NCBI GenBank assembly: GCA_001643675.2 | Contig: LSRY02000060.1 | Coordinates: 310,001-374,000, forward strand | From: Monocercomonoides exilis PA203 | Lineage: Eukaryota > Protista > Preaxostyla | Length of the DNA stretch: 64,000 nt | Reading direction: 5' to 3' | Shown here: in pieces, positions 25,401 to 37,938 of the stretch | Numbering within the stretch: position 1 is the first letter of the stretch | How the letters are laid out: each line of letters opens with the position of its first letter | Position numbers and translations under genes: made by a program | Notes under the pieces: model-generated | The model's input: the letters and a program-made list of their open reading frames with translations, nothing else | Told to the model about the DNA's origin: nothing | Database searches by the model: none

Positions 25401-28400
25401 TCCATACAATTCTGGTTCGCCATGTGGGTCATTGCGTTTAGACCCCTCAGCTTGAAGATGTCGTCGAAGCCGCAGACCATTAACTGTTCAACAGGAAACG
25501 CACAGTGCAGCGAAGGTGGAACGTCCATCGACAGAAAAGCGCTACAAACGACACTGGAACACAGTTCAATCACATTCTGCCACTTCACTTTGAACGAACG
25601 CTCTAAGCTGTGCTTGATGGATGGCAGTGTTGGGGAGGGAGAGGAGGAGGAGAAAGAAGAAGAAGAAGAAGATGATGATGATGATGATTTGTTAGTGGAT
25701 GCAATCGGCGAGAAAGTGATTGCGTTTCGATAAGTTGCTGCTGATTATATCTTGGATTTTTGATTTCTGGCTGATAAGCCGAGCAAAGCGTGATTTCAAT
25801 TGACACGGGCTTATTCTTCCTTTTATCCCATTCTATTTTTTCTTTAGCTCCTCTTTCTTTCTGAGCCTTTCTAATATCTCTGCCAAATCCATATTCTTCT
25901 TCCTCCTTTTCATTTTTCTCATTATCGATGCATTTATCTGTCAGATACAACAATCCCTTTTCATCTTTATCACTCACAAACTCATTTGCACTCCTCTTCT
26001 CATCCTTCTTCTACTCCTTCTCCTTCTCCTTTTCACCACCCAGCAGAATCTCCTGGCTAGCCACATGCGCTGCATAGTTCAGAAGGATGCTCTGTGGCTC
26101 AAACACATCCCTCGTGTCTGAAACGCTCCTTCTCGCTAACACACCTGCATTGCCCAATCTGCTCTTCCCGAGAATCGCACGAGGGATGCGCAATAAGAAG
26201 GAGGAAATAGAAGAACAAGGAGAGGAAGAGGAGGAGCTTGGGTGAGTTGTGCCAAGAGATTTCTGTGTGAGTGAAGAGGAGTCTGTGACAGGAGATGAAG
26301 GAGTGAATGGCTTTGGCGGAGTACCAATAAGAACAGAATGGGCAGACAATTGTGCGTGTGGCAAGGGAGAAAAAGGAGCAGCAAATTTCTCAGAGGCTGT
26401 GACGTTTTGAGTGAACAGTGGGAAGATGAGAGTGTGCCGACGAGTGAGTAAAACGTCTGCTGATGTTCATCCATCATCGCTTCCTTCTTCTCTTCCCCAA
26501 TCCCTCTCCTCCTTTCTGTTGTTGACTGCGCTAGCCTTGTGTTGAAAGCGTCAATTTGCGATGTGCAAAACTCGTTTTTCTTCTTCGTCTTCTTCTTCGC
26601 TTTTGGCTCTTCCTGCTTTCTTCCTTTCCTCTGCTCTGCGCTCAATTTGCTTCCGAAATCCGCCTTCTTTGCCTCTTCCATTTTAACATGCAGTGCTTTC
26701 TCTTCGCTTCTTGTCGATGTCATAAAGCGAGCAGATGAATGCAATGTGCCTCGAAGCTCCTTCCCTCTTCCACCGCCATTTCTCATGCGATGCCCATTCA
26801 GTCCATTCAGCGCAGCTTGCGCACCAAATCTATTCGAAGCTCCAAAATATTGCAGGGTGTGTGCTGCAGAAGAGAAGAGAAGTTCAAATGCACGTCCAGC
26901 AATCCTAAAGAAGGCATCTACAGCGATGATGTTGTTGAAGATAGCCTAACCAAATGAGATAATTTTTTGTATGGATTATTCAGTTATTGATTGAAAATCT
27001 TGCTCACATTCGAATGTTGCGGATCTGATCCAATATGAAGAGAGAGGACACGTCAAAGAAGAAGAAGAATGTGATGAAGAAGCAGGAAAAGAAGGAGAAG
27101 AGGAAGAGGACAAAGAGGAAGAGAATGAAGCCTTCTCATGAGACAGTTCAGGAAATGCATCAGAATGCAACGATGGCTGTACTTCTCTTTTCAAATCGCG
27201 TTGCGTTCTTGCATGCCTTCTCTCTCTGCCTGCACAGCTGCCTGAATGCATTCCATTCCTCTTGCAAAAACTGCCTTTGCTGGTGTCTGCACAACTGTCT
27301 GTCTCTTTGAAAATATATTTTGGCTGTCCTGCTCCTTTCTGATCTCTCTCCCAATCGCAGCAATGGTTGGCCTGATGACAACAGGATGCAAATGTTTTCA
27401 ATTGTTCCATTAACTTTTTCTTCCACTGCTCAATGACGTGAAAACTGCTGTATCATCAGAAGAATGAGAAGAATAACAAGTCAACGAAGAAGAAGATGAA
27501 ATATCCGATTAATTGTGATGTGCACAATAAAAATGTGTTGTATCAGAGGAAATGGAAGATAACATTAATAATTCCTCTTCGCTTTCACCTTCTCTCTCCT
27601 TCCTCTTTCTCTCCCCCTTCTTCATCTTATCTCCATCTTTATTTCCATCACTTCCCTTCTCTCTGTACGCACGCCTACTCCAAAACCCCTCTTCCATCAG
27701 CGCTTCTGTCTCTTCGCTCTGTACAACCCACTCCTCACACAGCTTCCTGCTTTCCACATGATACTTCGGTGAGGCCTCTGCTTCCACTTCGTTCAAAAAT
27801 GTCATTCAAACAGACAATACAATACGATCACATTGGCACTCCCCTCCCCTTCTTCTTCAATTTTCCCCTTTCCCAACACTCTTTCGTGCACTGCTGTCAC
27901 AACATCTCTTCTTCTCGCTCTTCTCTGGAATCTTCATTACAATCAGCCTTCCCATTGCCTCCTCTTCATCTCTCTTCCATCTTCCTTATCATCATCTCCT
28001 CGATATGCTCTTTTCGGTTGTTTCATCGCAATCTCCAAAATGCACCTGAACTTCATCAGCTTCTCATAGAGCTAGTCGCCACACGCCTCTCCAACGAAAT
28101 ACACCGCCAGCGCAGACAGAACACATGGCATCACCACATTCGGCATATACATCACATTCACAAAAAAAAAAGAGCAGATAATATTATGTACTTCACAGCC
28201 TCCAGATGCTCTGCTGCCACATGAGCTCAAAAGATCGTGGTGCAATGTAATTGACCAGATGCTGCAGGGTGCAGCGCCTCTCCACATACACGCCCCATCA
28301 GCGACCCTGTAGCAAGCAAAGGTATCATTATACCTGCTGGCACATTTAGTGGCATCGACAGCGGCTGGAATACATGATTCACAACCAGGCACGCGCACGT

Positions 28401-29880
28401 ACTCCGCAGCTCAGTCCCACATGCCTGCAGCCCAACATCAGTCGGTATATCTTCCTGTGGTAGTGCCTTTAGCTGCGCTGTGTCGTCTGTCCCAATGACT
28501 ATCCCTGTAGAGAACACAAACGAAGAAGTCGAAGAAGAGGCAGAAGTGTGCGCAAATGTTTCTATTCGTCGGGCTTCGATAATGACTAAAAAAAAAAGAA
28601 GATGCATAATTTCACAATAAAATCAAAAGAAAATACTAAAAAAAATTATTGAAAATATATTAATTCATGCCTTTGAATGCTTCAGAGCCAACGTTTTGAA
28701 TTGAAACAAATTTATTATGATCGATTCAATTTTCTTTCTTCGCTTCCTCTTTCTATTCGGTTGAGTCACAATCATTAAATCCCAAGACAACTTCCCTGAT
28801 CAACTTCCTTCCTTCATTCTTCCCCCCCTCCTCCTCCTCCTCTCTCTCTCTCATTCACACTTCTCACTCTTCCCAATGAGCTGCAACAAATATCTGCTTG
28901 TGAATACATTCACAAAATGAAAAGAAAGCAGCTGCTTCGAGGCAAGCTGTTACAATACAAAGTGGAGGAACATGCAATCAATGAGGGGAAAAATGTGAGA
29001 AGGAAGAGAGAAGGAAGGATAATGGAAGAGTGATGACAGAAGAGAAACATGCTGAACGTGCTCTGATTCCATGCAGCAGCCTCAAATGAAAAGAATGGAG
29101 GCATCTCATTCGCCAGGCAGTGCAGCTCGAAACTGCAATTGAAGAGATGGGCAAACAACAGAGAAGATGCAGATATCCGGAAAGAAGAAGAGGAGGAGGA
29201 ATTGCAGCAGAAGATGTGCTTGATAGCCATATGTGTGCTACACAAACAGAAACACCAAATTGTCAATACAAAGTTTGCTGTTTGCAACAATTACAAGATC
29301 TTTCAGCAGTAAAATCCAGTTGCAGTTGGGCAGAATGTTGTTTGATATCCGAAAAGGATTCAATAATTGAATGTCTCGTTGTTGGCGTTTCTCCACTCTT
29401 TTGAAACAAAAGCGGAATCAGAAATTGAATATCGTCGCTTTCTATGTTTGCCTGGCGCAGTCTGAGCAACAGGAAAACCTTATAAATAAAACCGATATTT
29501 TGGTAGTCTCATTTTTTTCATTGAATTGTTTCCATTTTTTGTGATAAATATCCTTCCCTTGATATTGCCAGCCACTTTCCTTGCCAAAAAACTGCTCCTC
29601 CTGCCTAACATTCCAAAATGCTACATAATATTGTGCAGATTTTGTCCTTCACAGAATTCCATCCACTTTTTGTCTTCATTCAACAAAACATCAGTAGAAT
29701 TTGTTTTCACATCTTGTTCAAATAAAAATCATATATCTTGCGTAACTTCATTTATTTCCCAATGGCTATACAATAATCTGCTCCATTCTCATCGTATTGC
29801 TCTCCAAAGCGGAGATTTGCTATTTGACAGACAAGAAAAGTTCCTTTTCTTTGAAAAGGAAGCAAACAGAGCAGTTTTCC
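22450..29880 (-). pseudogene. Decayed large multi-exon gene(s), Ser/Glu/Lys-rich, function unknown
   Basis: GC-richer blocks separated by AT-rich intron-like gaps; minus-strand ORF fragments (e.g. 24686-25225, 26136-26786, 28227-28607); many stops. Boundaries approximate. Confidence 0.35.
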
Positions 29881-29914
29881 AATATAATGAAAAAATTGTA
29901 ATATTACAATAAAA

Positions 29915-30377
29915 ATTAAATTATAAAAAGTATTAGCAAACTGGTAAAAAGTTGGAAAAGTGAGTGGTTTTAAAAAAATGAAAGAAACAAAACTCCAGCT
30001 TCAATCAGAACCATATCTTTTTGAATTTTTGAATATTTATTAAAAAAAAAACAAATATCAGAAAAATTTTGATTTTTTGTTTAATAGTTATGTATGTGAT
30101 AAGAGTTAGAAAAATGTTTTTTCTGAATTTTAAAAACTTGTATTCATGGAAAAAACTTCTGTTTTCCGCTTCAAACAATGAAGATGACAGAAGGATCAGA
30201 ATCTCGATGCCACTTTTTTTTTGTTCAAAATGGTTTATTTCATCGATTTAACTTCATATATTACTAAAAAACTGCTTTTTGAAATCTGCAATTTTCGCCC
30301 TTTAGCGCGTAATTTTTTGATCTTTTTGCCCTCGAAAAAAATAAAATATAGGGTCGGATCCTTTTTTTCATTCAAAA
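29915..30377 (+). repeat. Left terminal inverted repeat (includes putative TTAA TSD)
   Basis: Reverse complement of 37939-38401. Confidence 0.95.
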
Positions 30378-30772
30378 TTGACAATGTTGAGAATAGTCGA
30401 ATTTTTGAAATTTGTGATTTAAAAATCGTATACGGACAGGTATCATATAAATTTTCTGAAAATAAATTTTATTTGTTTTTTTAATAGCAATGTTAATGTT
30501 ACTGATGTTTTCATATTTTTCATTTTTTATTTTTTATTTTTAATTATGATACGTTTTTTTGTAATTTTGAAGGATTTGTCATTTCAGAAGAAATTCATTA
30601 TTCAAATAAAAAATATTTCATTCATTTTAAATGATTTCTTGAGAAAACTGTTAAAAATCAAACTGAAAACATCAAGAGAGGAAGTGAGAAAATTGAAAAA
30701 AGAAAAATTCGAAAATAAAAATCGCAAGGAAAAAAAAGTAAAAATTAAAGCAAAAATAGACAAAGAACAAAA

Positions 30773-32667
30773 TCATTCAATCATTTGGTTTATTCTATAA
30801 AAACAAATTGCACCATTCCATCCTTCATTTGCCATTGCTTTCCAATATGCTTCATTGAAATGGGAATTCACCTGAGATATAACTCCATCATTGCACTCCA
30901 GTAGACTAAGCTCCCCAGTCGATTCATCTCTTCCATCAACAACAACTGCTATAAAATGACCAATAGGCATAGGTTTCATCGAATGAAGGACATATCCAAA
31001 GAAATTGTAATCAATCCTCGGAAAGAAAGAAAACTCATGTTTCAGTTGATTTGTTGCATGTGACGTCACCACCATCGATTTCGGAGTGGATCCACTTCCA
31101 TGAAATGTGATAGTTTTGGGCGGTTGCATAACAGGGGAGTTTTCCTTTGAGCTATGATAAATTGCAAGGATTTTTGGGAACCTGTCAATTTGTGTCCAAT
31201 ACAAAAATGAAGTCTTGCACCCACAATAAGCATCAACACACGGTTCCTCAGTTGATAACTGATCGGTTGCAGACAATGACAAATTCAACCCCTTCACAAT
31301 CGATGGATGCATGATGGTGAAATAAAACGAAGGATTTTGGTTATGAACACGAACATGAGAACACTTCGCACACAGTTTGAATGAAGATTGCTTCACTGTG
31401 AAGTCTTTCTTGATATTGCACCCCTCCAAAAATGCATCGTTCAGAATTGCTTCATATGCTGTTGTGATCCCTAATGGATCAGATTTGCTCCCACCATGTT
31501 TTTGCACAAAATTCATAAATGCTGGAGTTCCCCACACTTTGTTTGTCACAGTTCTCCCTCTGATTGCACTGAAAAGTCTTCTGAAAATATACACTCCTCC
31601 ACGTCTTTTTTTGATATCACATTGCACTCCAAACGATGCCAGACATTGACAAATAGAAGCTAAAGCACATGATGATCCAAAATTTATCAACTCCCTCCCA
31701 CAATTCACCAACACCTGAACATATGAACGTGATTCTTTTGGTAAAGGATGAGCTGGAAATAGAAACGAAGGAGGAAATTGAAAAAAGCTACTCATTTGTG
31801 GAACTGTTGAAAGAACAGAATAAGGATTTCCTAATGCTTCCATTGAAGACTGTTGCTTCAAAGCAACAAACAAAAAAATAAACAAATAATTATTGATTTG
31901 CCTGTCAAATTGAATCAGGCAATTTTTGAAAAAAAATAAAAAACCAAACCTCTATTTCCATTTTCATTCCTCCTCCTTTAATATCTGAACATTTTTTATC
32001 TTTGCTCATTTTTAAACATTCATCGCTCTCCGTTTCTTCATCGTCGCTTTCTTCTTTTTCAGACATTTGATCAACCGCTTCATCTTCGTCTGAAGATATT
32101 ACACTGTAACTTGATGAAGAAGATTGCTTCCGAAAAATTGATTGAATTGAATTCTCTTCCTTTTTATCCTTCAAACATTCACCCAAACAGTTGATCTTGT
32201 AATTGAAATCTTGTATCAGTTCTTGCTGAGAAAACCACTCAGTCAGACACAGCAGCATTTTTTCTTGGATATACGGGTTCGATTCATTGAACGGGAGCTT
32301 CAATTTTTGGACAATCTTATGTAATGGTGCTTTTTTATAAACAAATAATAAAAAAATTAAAACATAATAAATATCAAAATAAAATATTATTAATTACAAA
32401 ATACAAAGAAAACAAAGGAAAAACTAAAAGCAAACATCCATAATTTTTCATCAGATTATTCATTAGCGAGTTTCCGGGGATCAATTTGATAAAAAATTCG
32501 AAGAGGACTTTATTTGCATGATCAACTGACATATTTCTGAAAAAGTTCGATAGCATATCCACATCGTTCATTATGCTTTGCTTTCTCATGCTTGTGTGCG
32601 CACGGGAAAATCGAGAACCAGACAACCTCCCACTTGACATTATGAATTTCCTTTTATTGGGTTTCAT
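30773..32667 (-). CDS. Transposon gene A: N-terminal transposase-like helical domain + acidic linker + USP (peptidase C19) domain; 3 exons, ~565 aa, apparently intact
   Basis: Predicted exons 32667-32436, 32329-31950 and 31855(or 31849)-30773 with GTTTG...AG introns join in frame. Cys box 'LINFGSSCALASICQCL'; CxxC 'CAKC'; His box 'YNFFGYVLH...GHFIAVV'; 'CNDG'. Confidence 0.8.
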
Positions 32668-32890
32668 TAGATTTTCACTAAAAATTTCAATTTGAAATAT
32701 TTAATTCACATTTATATTTAAAAAAAATAATAAACTCTCTGGATTTGGAAAAAAATCCAAAATCCTTTCATTCATCGAGAAAAAAATAAATTCAATTTTT
32801 TCTGTTTGAAAATTAAAAACAATGACGATCACAAAATGACAATATTATCATGTGTCTGATTTATGCCGGAAATGATAAATAACGACATAT

Positions 32891-33020
32891 GTACTTTATT
32901 TATTGGAAAAAAACTGTTTTCTGCTCCTTGCACTTTCCCCCCTTTAGCACTTTTTTTTTGATCTTTTTGACTCCTTCGAATTTTGAATTATGGATCTGAT
33001 TCTTTTTTCATTGAAAAACA
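32891..33020 (+). repeat. Degenerate, internally deleted third copy of the TIR
   Basis: 32891-32930 resembles 30135-30172, and 32931-33020 resembles 30290-30377 (CCCTTTAGC..TTTTTTGATCTTTTTG...GG.TC.GAT.CTTTTTTCATT.AAAA). Confidence 0.7.
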
Positions 33021-33322
33021 ATATTATTTATATTTTGAAGAACTTTATATATGAGAATGATATATTTCATAAGACAAGTTCATTTATGTAATGAATTTTT
33101 CAATAAACCTTCAATTTAAGAATTCTTTAATTTTTTCAAATTTTTTTCTGATAAGAAATTTTTAAAAATTTTTTCTATAATTCAAATCACGTTAAAAAAA
33201 TTTTTTAACAATTTTGGAAATAGTCAAATAATGAAAAAATAACAATACATATTTTTTTAAATAAAAAAAATTTTTTTTAGAATAATTGTGATTTTCCATA
33301 AGAAAATATTAATTAGAGAAAA

Positions 33323-36300
33323 ATGTCGTTTTCAAAACGCGAATCGACATTAAATTCTCGATGCAATGTTATGTGGCAAGAAATCAAGCGCATCGGTGGA
33401 GATGACGTGGATTCGTTGCTTGTCTATCTGTTTTACAACTATAGGCAATCATCTTCAGTAATTGATGATTTACTGAAGTCTTTGAATGGTTTGGTTTTAT
33501 ATTTTTTTGAATTGTGTTGAAAATATTATTTTCACTCTCTGTTATTTTTTTCTTTTTGATTTGTTAATTATTTATTTTTTTTTAAAACAGAATATCACAC
33601 AAAGCTACTGGTAGACCTGTCTGTAGTGTACAACAACGCTCCGTTGCACACTCAGACAACAATGCTACAAGCGCTTTCCCGCAACACATCATTATCCGAT
33701 TTACAGGACTATGGATATGATGTCACAGAGGGAAAATTTATTTACGCGAAGCAAACGCTAAAAAAAACCAAGGATTAATCATTACGCCTCAGAAACCTCA
33801 CCTTCCGTCTTGCAAAAGTGGTTTGTATTTATTTTAATTTTTTTTTGAATAATTTTCTCTGTTTATTATAGGCTTAAATGAACAGGAATGGGAAAAGGGC
33901 AATAACTGGATGTTGGCTCATTCAACTGAAGCCTCAACTTCTCTTCAGTCAGCAAAGAAAAAGCAGCGAGCTGAACCAGATTACGCCAGATTTATTGACG
34001 AAGCAGCTTGGGATGAAGAAATTATTACAGAAAATTCTTCTACAAATAAAAAACAATCTTCTTCTTCTTCAACATCATCTCAACTCAATAAAAATTTAAA
34101 AATTATTTCAGAAAAAAATTCTCCTTCTTCAAATTCTTCTTCTTCTCAAGCTGTTGATGCTCCAATCAACACTCCAATAAGGAGAGAAAGGGGTTTTACA
34201 AATAATCTAAATAAAAATACAAATCACAAACGACACTCTTATCCATCATTAATTCCCATTCACAAAATATTCAAATCAAAAACTTCTTCTTCACAAATTT
34301 CAATAACAAAAAAATTAAAGGATGAAATAAATATTTCATCATTTTAAAATGATAATGTGTTTGTAAGTGAGCAATTAGTTGATTATGCCACTTCACCCAC
34401 ATTAATTCCACCTCAAGCATTTCAAAATCTCTTTTCTTCATTTTCAAAAGAGAATGACACTTCAACACTTCAACAACAAAGCATTCAATCTTCAAAAAAT
34501 GAAATATCTATTCAAAATAATTCTTCAAAAAATACTTCAAAAAAGAATGCAAAAGAAAATTCAATAAAAAATCATTCTCATTCTCAATCTTTCTCAAATT
34601 CATTAAATTCTTCAAATAAATCATCACAAACAGCAAAAGGATTGCCTAACTTAGGCAACACATGCTATTTGGCTTCTCTTCTTCAATGCTTATCTTCAAT
34701 CATGACACGCAAACCATCTTTTCTCAAAAAACAAACAGCTATGAAGAACACATCTTCGCGTGTTATTAGTGTTTGTCAACAATTGGCTAAAGATGGAACG
34801 GCAGTGCGTTCGTGTGTCCCATCTCTTATTGACAAATGGGAAGATTTCTGAGACCACGGCAAAAGGCAACAGTGAAATGTTACAGAGGCATTTGACAATC
34901 TTCACCGACTTCTTCAAAAAAATGAGTTGATAAATAAGGACACCTTCAATCCTGTTTTAATCACTCATTTCAAATGCCAAAAATGCCAAAAAATTTCATC
35001 ACGTTTCAACGAAGTTTGTAACAATGTTGTTATTAATTCTTCCTCGACTCATAATGGATTATCTTCTCTCTTTGCAACTGAAGTTTTGGAAGGAAAGAAT
35101 AGTGTCTATTGTGATGCATGCAAGGAAAAATGCTGTGCTGCTCGATGGGAGGAAATGGCTGCATTTCCAGATGTGCTAGCCCTCTGTCACGAATGCACTG
35201 ACTCTGCAAGCTCTGCTCCTTCAAGAACATAACTGATGGAAACAGATCGCGTTAACCAGCGCACTTTCTGCAAAGTGTTTTCAACAGAAAGTCTTCAACA
35301 TCTTCAAAAAGATAATCAAGAAACCATCATATATCATCTCGTTGGGCAAATTCTTTTCAAGCGTTTGGATCTACAGAATGGACATTACATCGCTGTGATC
35401 AAAAGAAAGAGCGTTAACAACTGCATATGGAATATCTGTAACGACGCTGATGTGACAGAATTGAACATCGAAAATTGGACAAAGGCATGGAAGGATCTTT
35501 ATGCTCAAGGTTTCACTCCGTCACTTTCATTCTATATCAAAGAAAAAGCCAAACCAACTTTTTCATCAATTCAATTTGGTGGTTCTTCTTCTTCAGAAAC
35601 ATCAAATTTGAACAATTTAAATCACATATCAACAACAACAGCAGCACTAACTTCGACAACAACAACAGCAACTTCATCATCATCATCATCATCATCATCA
35701 TCGTTTATCACACCACTACATCAAACTTCTTCCATTCCACAACTGTCATCATCAATAACAACTAACTATGGATTGGAAAAACTTAAAGAAAGAAGAAAGA
35801 AAACGGGCATCTTTTCTCCCAACGAGAAAAGAGTGATCTTCAAGCCCAAGACTAAATTGTGGAAAGAGTTTTCAGAAGAAACAAATATTAAAGTTTCTCT
35901 TTCCCATTTCTACAAACTCACCACCAACTTCTCTAAAGCTAAAAGGCGCACAGATCTCTGTGGCATGTGTGAGAAGTTGGACTATTTGGAAAACAAATTG
36001 ATATCATCTCAAAACAAAAATGGACTTTCTTCTGCAGAGTTTCAAACACTCAAACTTCTTCGACAACATCGACTTGTTGCAGAAATGCAACGAAAACATT
36101 ATCAATCAACTGTTAACAATCTCAAAGAGGGAGAAGCAGTCTTCGTCTTCGACTTCAAAGAGAAGTGGAAACTGCCAATCCGAAAGAACCAACTTCAACA
36201 AGAATTCTTTAATTATCAACAGGTTTCTCAATTCACAATCATCTCCCTTCAAAAAATAAACAATCAACTAATTAAAAGAACTTTCAACTTCTTCTCCGAC

Positions 36301-37068
36301 TGCCTTTCAAATGATCACAGATTTGTTATTGAGTGTCTGGAATCTGTGATCAAAAGACACTTCTTCACAGACACTCACACTTTTAAGTTCTTCTGCGATT
36401 CAGGTCCACACAACCGTAATCGCTTCCTTCTTCACTTCATCCTTTCAAAACAATCAAAACTTCTTAAAAAGAAAAATACTCAACTCAATTTCTTCGCTGA
36501 GCATCATGGAAAAAATATCTGTGATAGTGAATTTGGTACGTTAGTGAATGCAATCGACAACAATCTTTCGACTGAACACATTACCACCCTTCATGATTTG
36601 ATCAACTTCTTCGAAAACAATATGAACACTTCGACATCAGCTTCTTCAACTTCACAATCAAACATTTTCTCAACATCATCATCAAACTCTTCACCATCTT
36701 CAACATCTGTCAATAACTTTGAGCATGAGAGGTACTTTGAAGAATATGTACCATCTCAGCAAATTTCATGGCCATCTCTGTCAGTCCCTCACATGAAGGA
36801 CTATTTACACTTTGAGCGCAAAGGCTCATTTGTCTGTGCTTCAGCTGTTGGATATCTTCCTCAACGCTCTCTGGTTGCCCTCGAATCTTCGACAATTAAA
36901 GAAAAGGTTCAACGTTCAAGAAAGTCATTTCACTCTGATATCACATCATCAAACTCTTCTCTTCTTTCTCAATCTTCTCAAGATCTTCTTTCAAGGAGAT
37001 TTGAGCTTCTTCTTGAATCTTCTTCTATTTGTGAATCTCAAAATTGTTCTATTGGTGTCCCCTATTAA
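33323..37068 (+). pseudogene. Transposon gene B: Sola-like DDD transposase with an inserted USP domain; 3 exons, 4 in-frame stops and 1 homopolymer frameshift
   Basis: Exons 33323-33488, 33591-33820 and 33872-37068. Exon 3 is a single frame (ORFs 33910, 34357, 34927, 35236) broken by TAA 34345, TGA 34849, TGA 34873 and TAA 35230. USP: 'GLPNLGNTCYLASLLQCL', 'QQxNVTEAF', CQKC/CDAC, 'GHYIA', 'CNDA'. Transposase: 'RTDLCGMC', 'FDFKE', 'FCDSGPHNRN', 'FFAEHHGKNICDSEFG'. Confidence 0.85.
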
Positions 37069-37075
37069 GAAACTA

Positions 37076-37206
37076 GTTGTTGTGTGTGCTTAGCTGGTCC
37101 TCTATCGGAAGGGTGCTGGACATGACTGTTCGTATTAGATATTGCAGCCTTCGGGCTGCTTTATCCGGACCTGGATACGACGAACAGCCTCCCAGGTGCA
37201 CAACAG
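37076..37206 (+). ncRNA. Candidate structured RNA element downstream of the transposase stop codon
   Basis: GC-rich island with nested helices: 37078-37087/37196-37205; CTGTTCGT 37126-37133/ACGAACAG 37180-37187; GCAGCC-TTCG-GGCTGC 37144-37159; TATCCG/TGGATA 37162-37177. Confidence 0.45.
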
Positions 37207-37938
37207 TTAGAATCCGATTGTTTTCTTGTGCTTTTTGTCCCTATATTGTCCCAATAATTAAATTGGTTATTTTCCCGCTTATATTTGTATTTATCAAGAT
37301 TCATTAATGTAGAGAGGTGTGAGGGAATTCATTGATCTTTGAGTGAGGTTTTTGGAAGGGAGAGTTGTTGAGAGTGTGAAATGTTGTTTTATCATTGTGT
37401 CTGTCTTTTTTCTTTGTTGGATTTGATCTTTTTGAGTCAAAGAGAGAGAAATATCAGAAAGGGGTGAGTGGATGGAAAACAGAGGGAAAATAGACAAGTT
37501 AGTTTTTGAACTTTTTATATAAGAATTCTTTTTTGTTTGGAATTGTCTTTGATACCATGAATTTGTTGAAATAGTGCTATTTCTTCTTATATTTTTCATT
37601 GTTCAAAATTGTTGATATTTAGTTGATATTTGGTGATTGTTTTATGATTATGTGATGGAATTATGTTTTTTGAAAGTTATTGAATTTGATTAGAAAATTT
37701 CTAACTGTTTTCAATTTTTTAAATGATTAATATCATGAAGTTCTTTTTGTTTTTTTATGTCATTTTGATTGGTGGATGATTGTTATTTTTTGACGTATTT
37801 TTTTTAATTTCACTCATTTTTCTACAATTTTCAGAAAAACTCAATAACAAAAAATAAACACATTTTTGTAACGACCACTCATCTAATCATTCAGTAATGC
37901 ATGAAAAATGAAAAAATATGATACATACACAACAACAT

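Noticed and set aside
30069-30484. Short ORFs duplicated at 37883-38247
   Set aside because: They are translations of the two TIR copies, not genes.
37121-37190. SECIS element enabling TGA readthrough, or a hammerhead ribozyme
   Set aside because: ATGA precedes the stem, but there is no matching GA on the 3' side and no apical AA loop; no CUGAUGA/GAAA core on either strand. Two of the stops are TAA.
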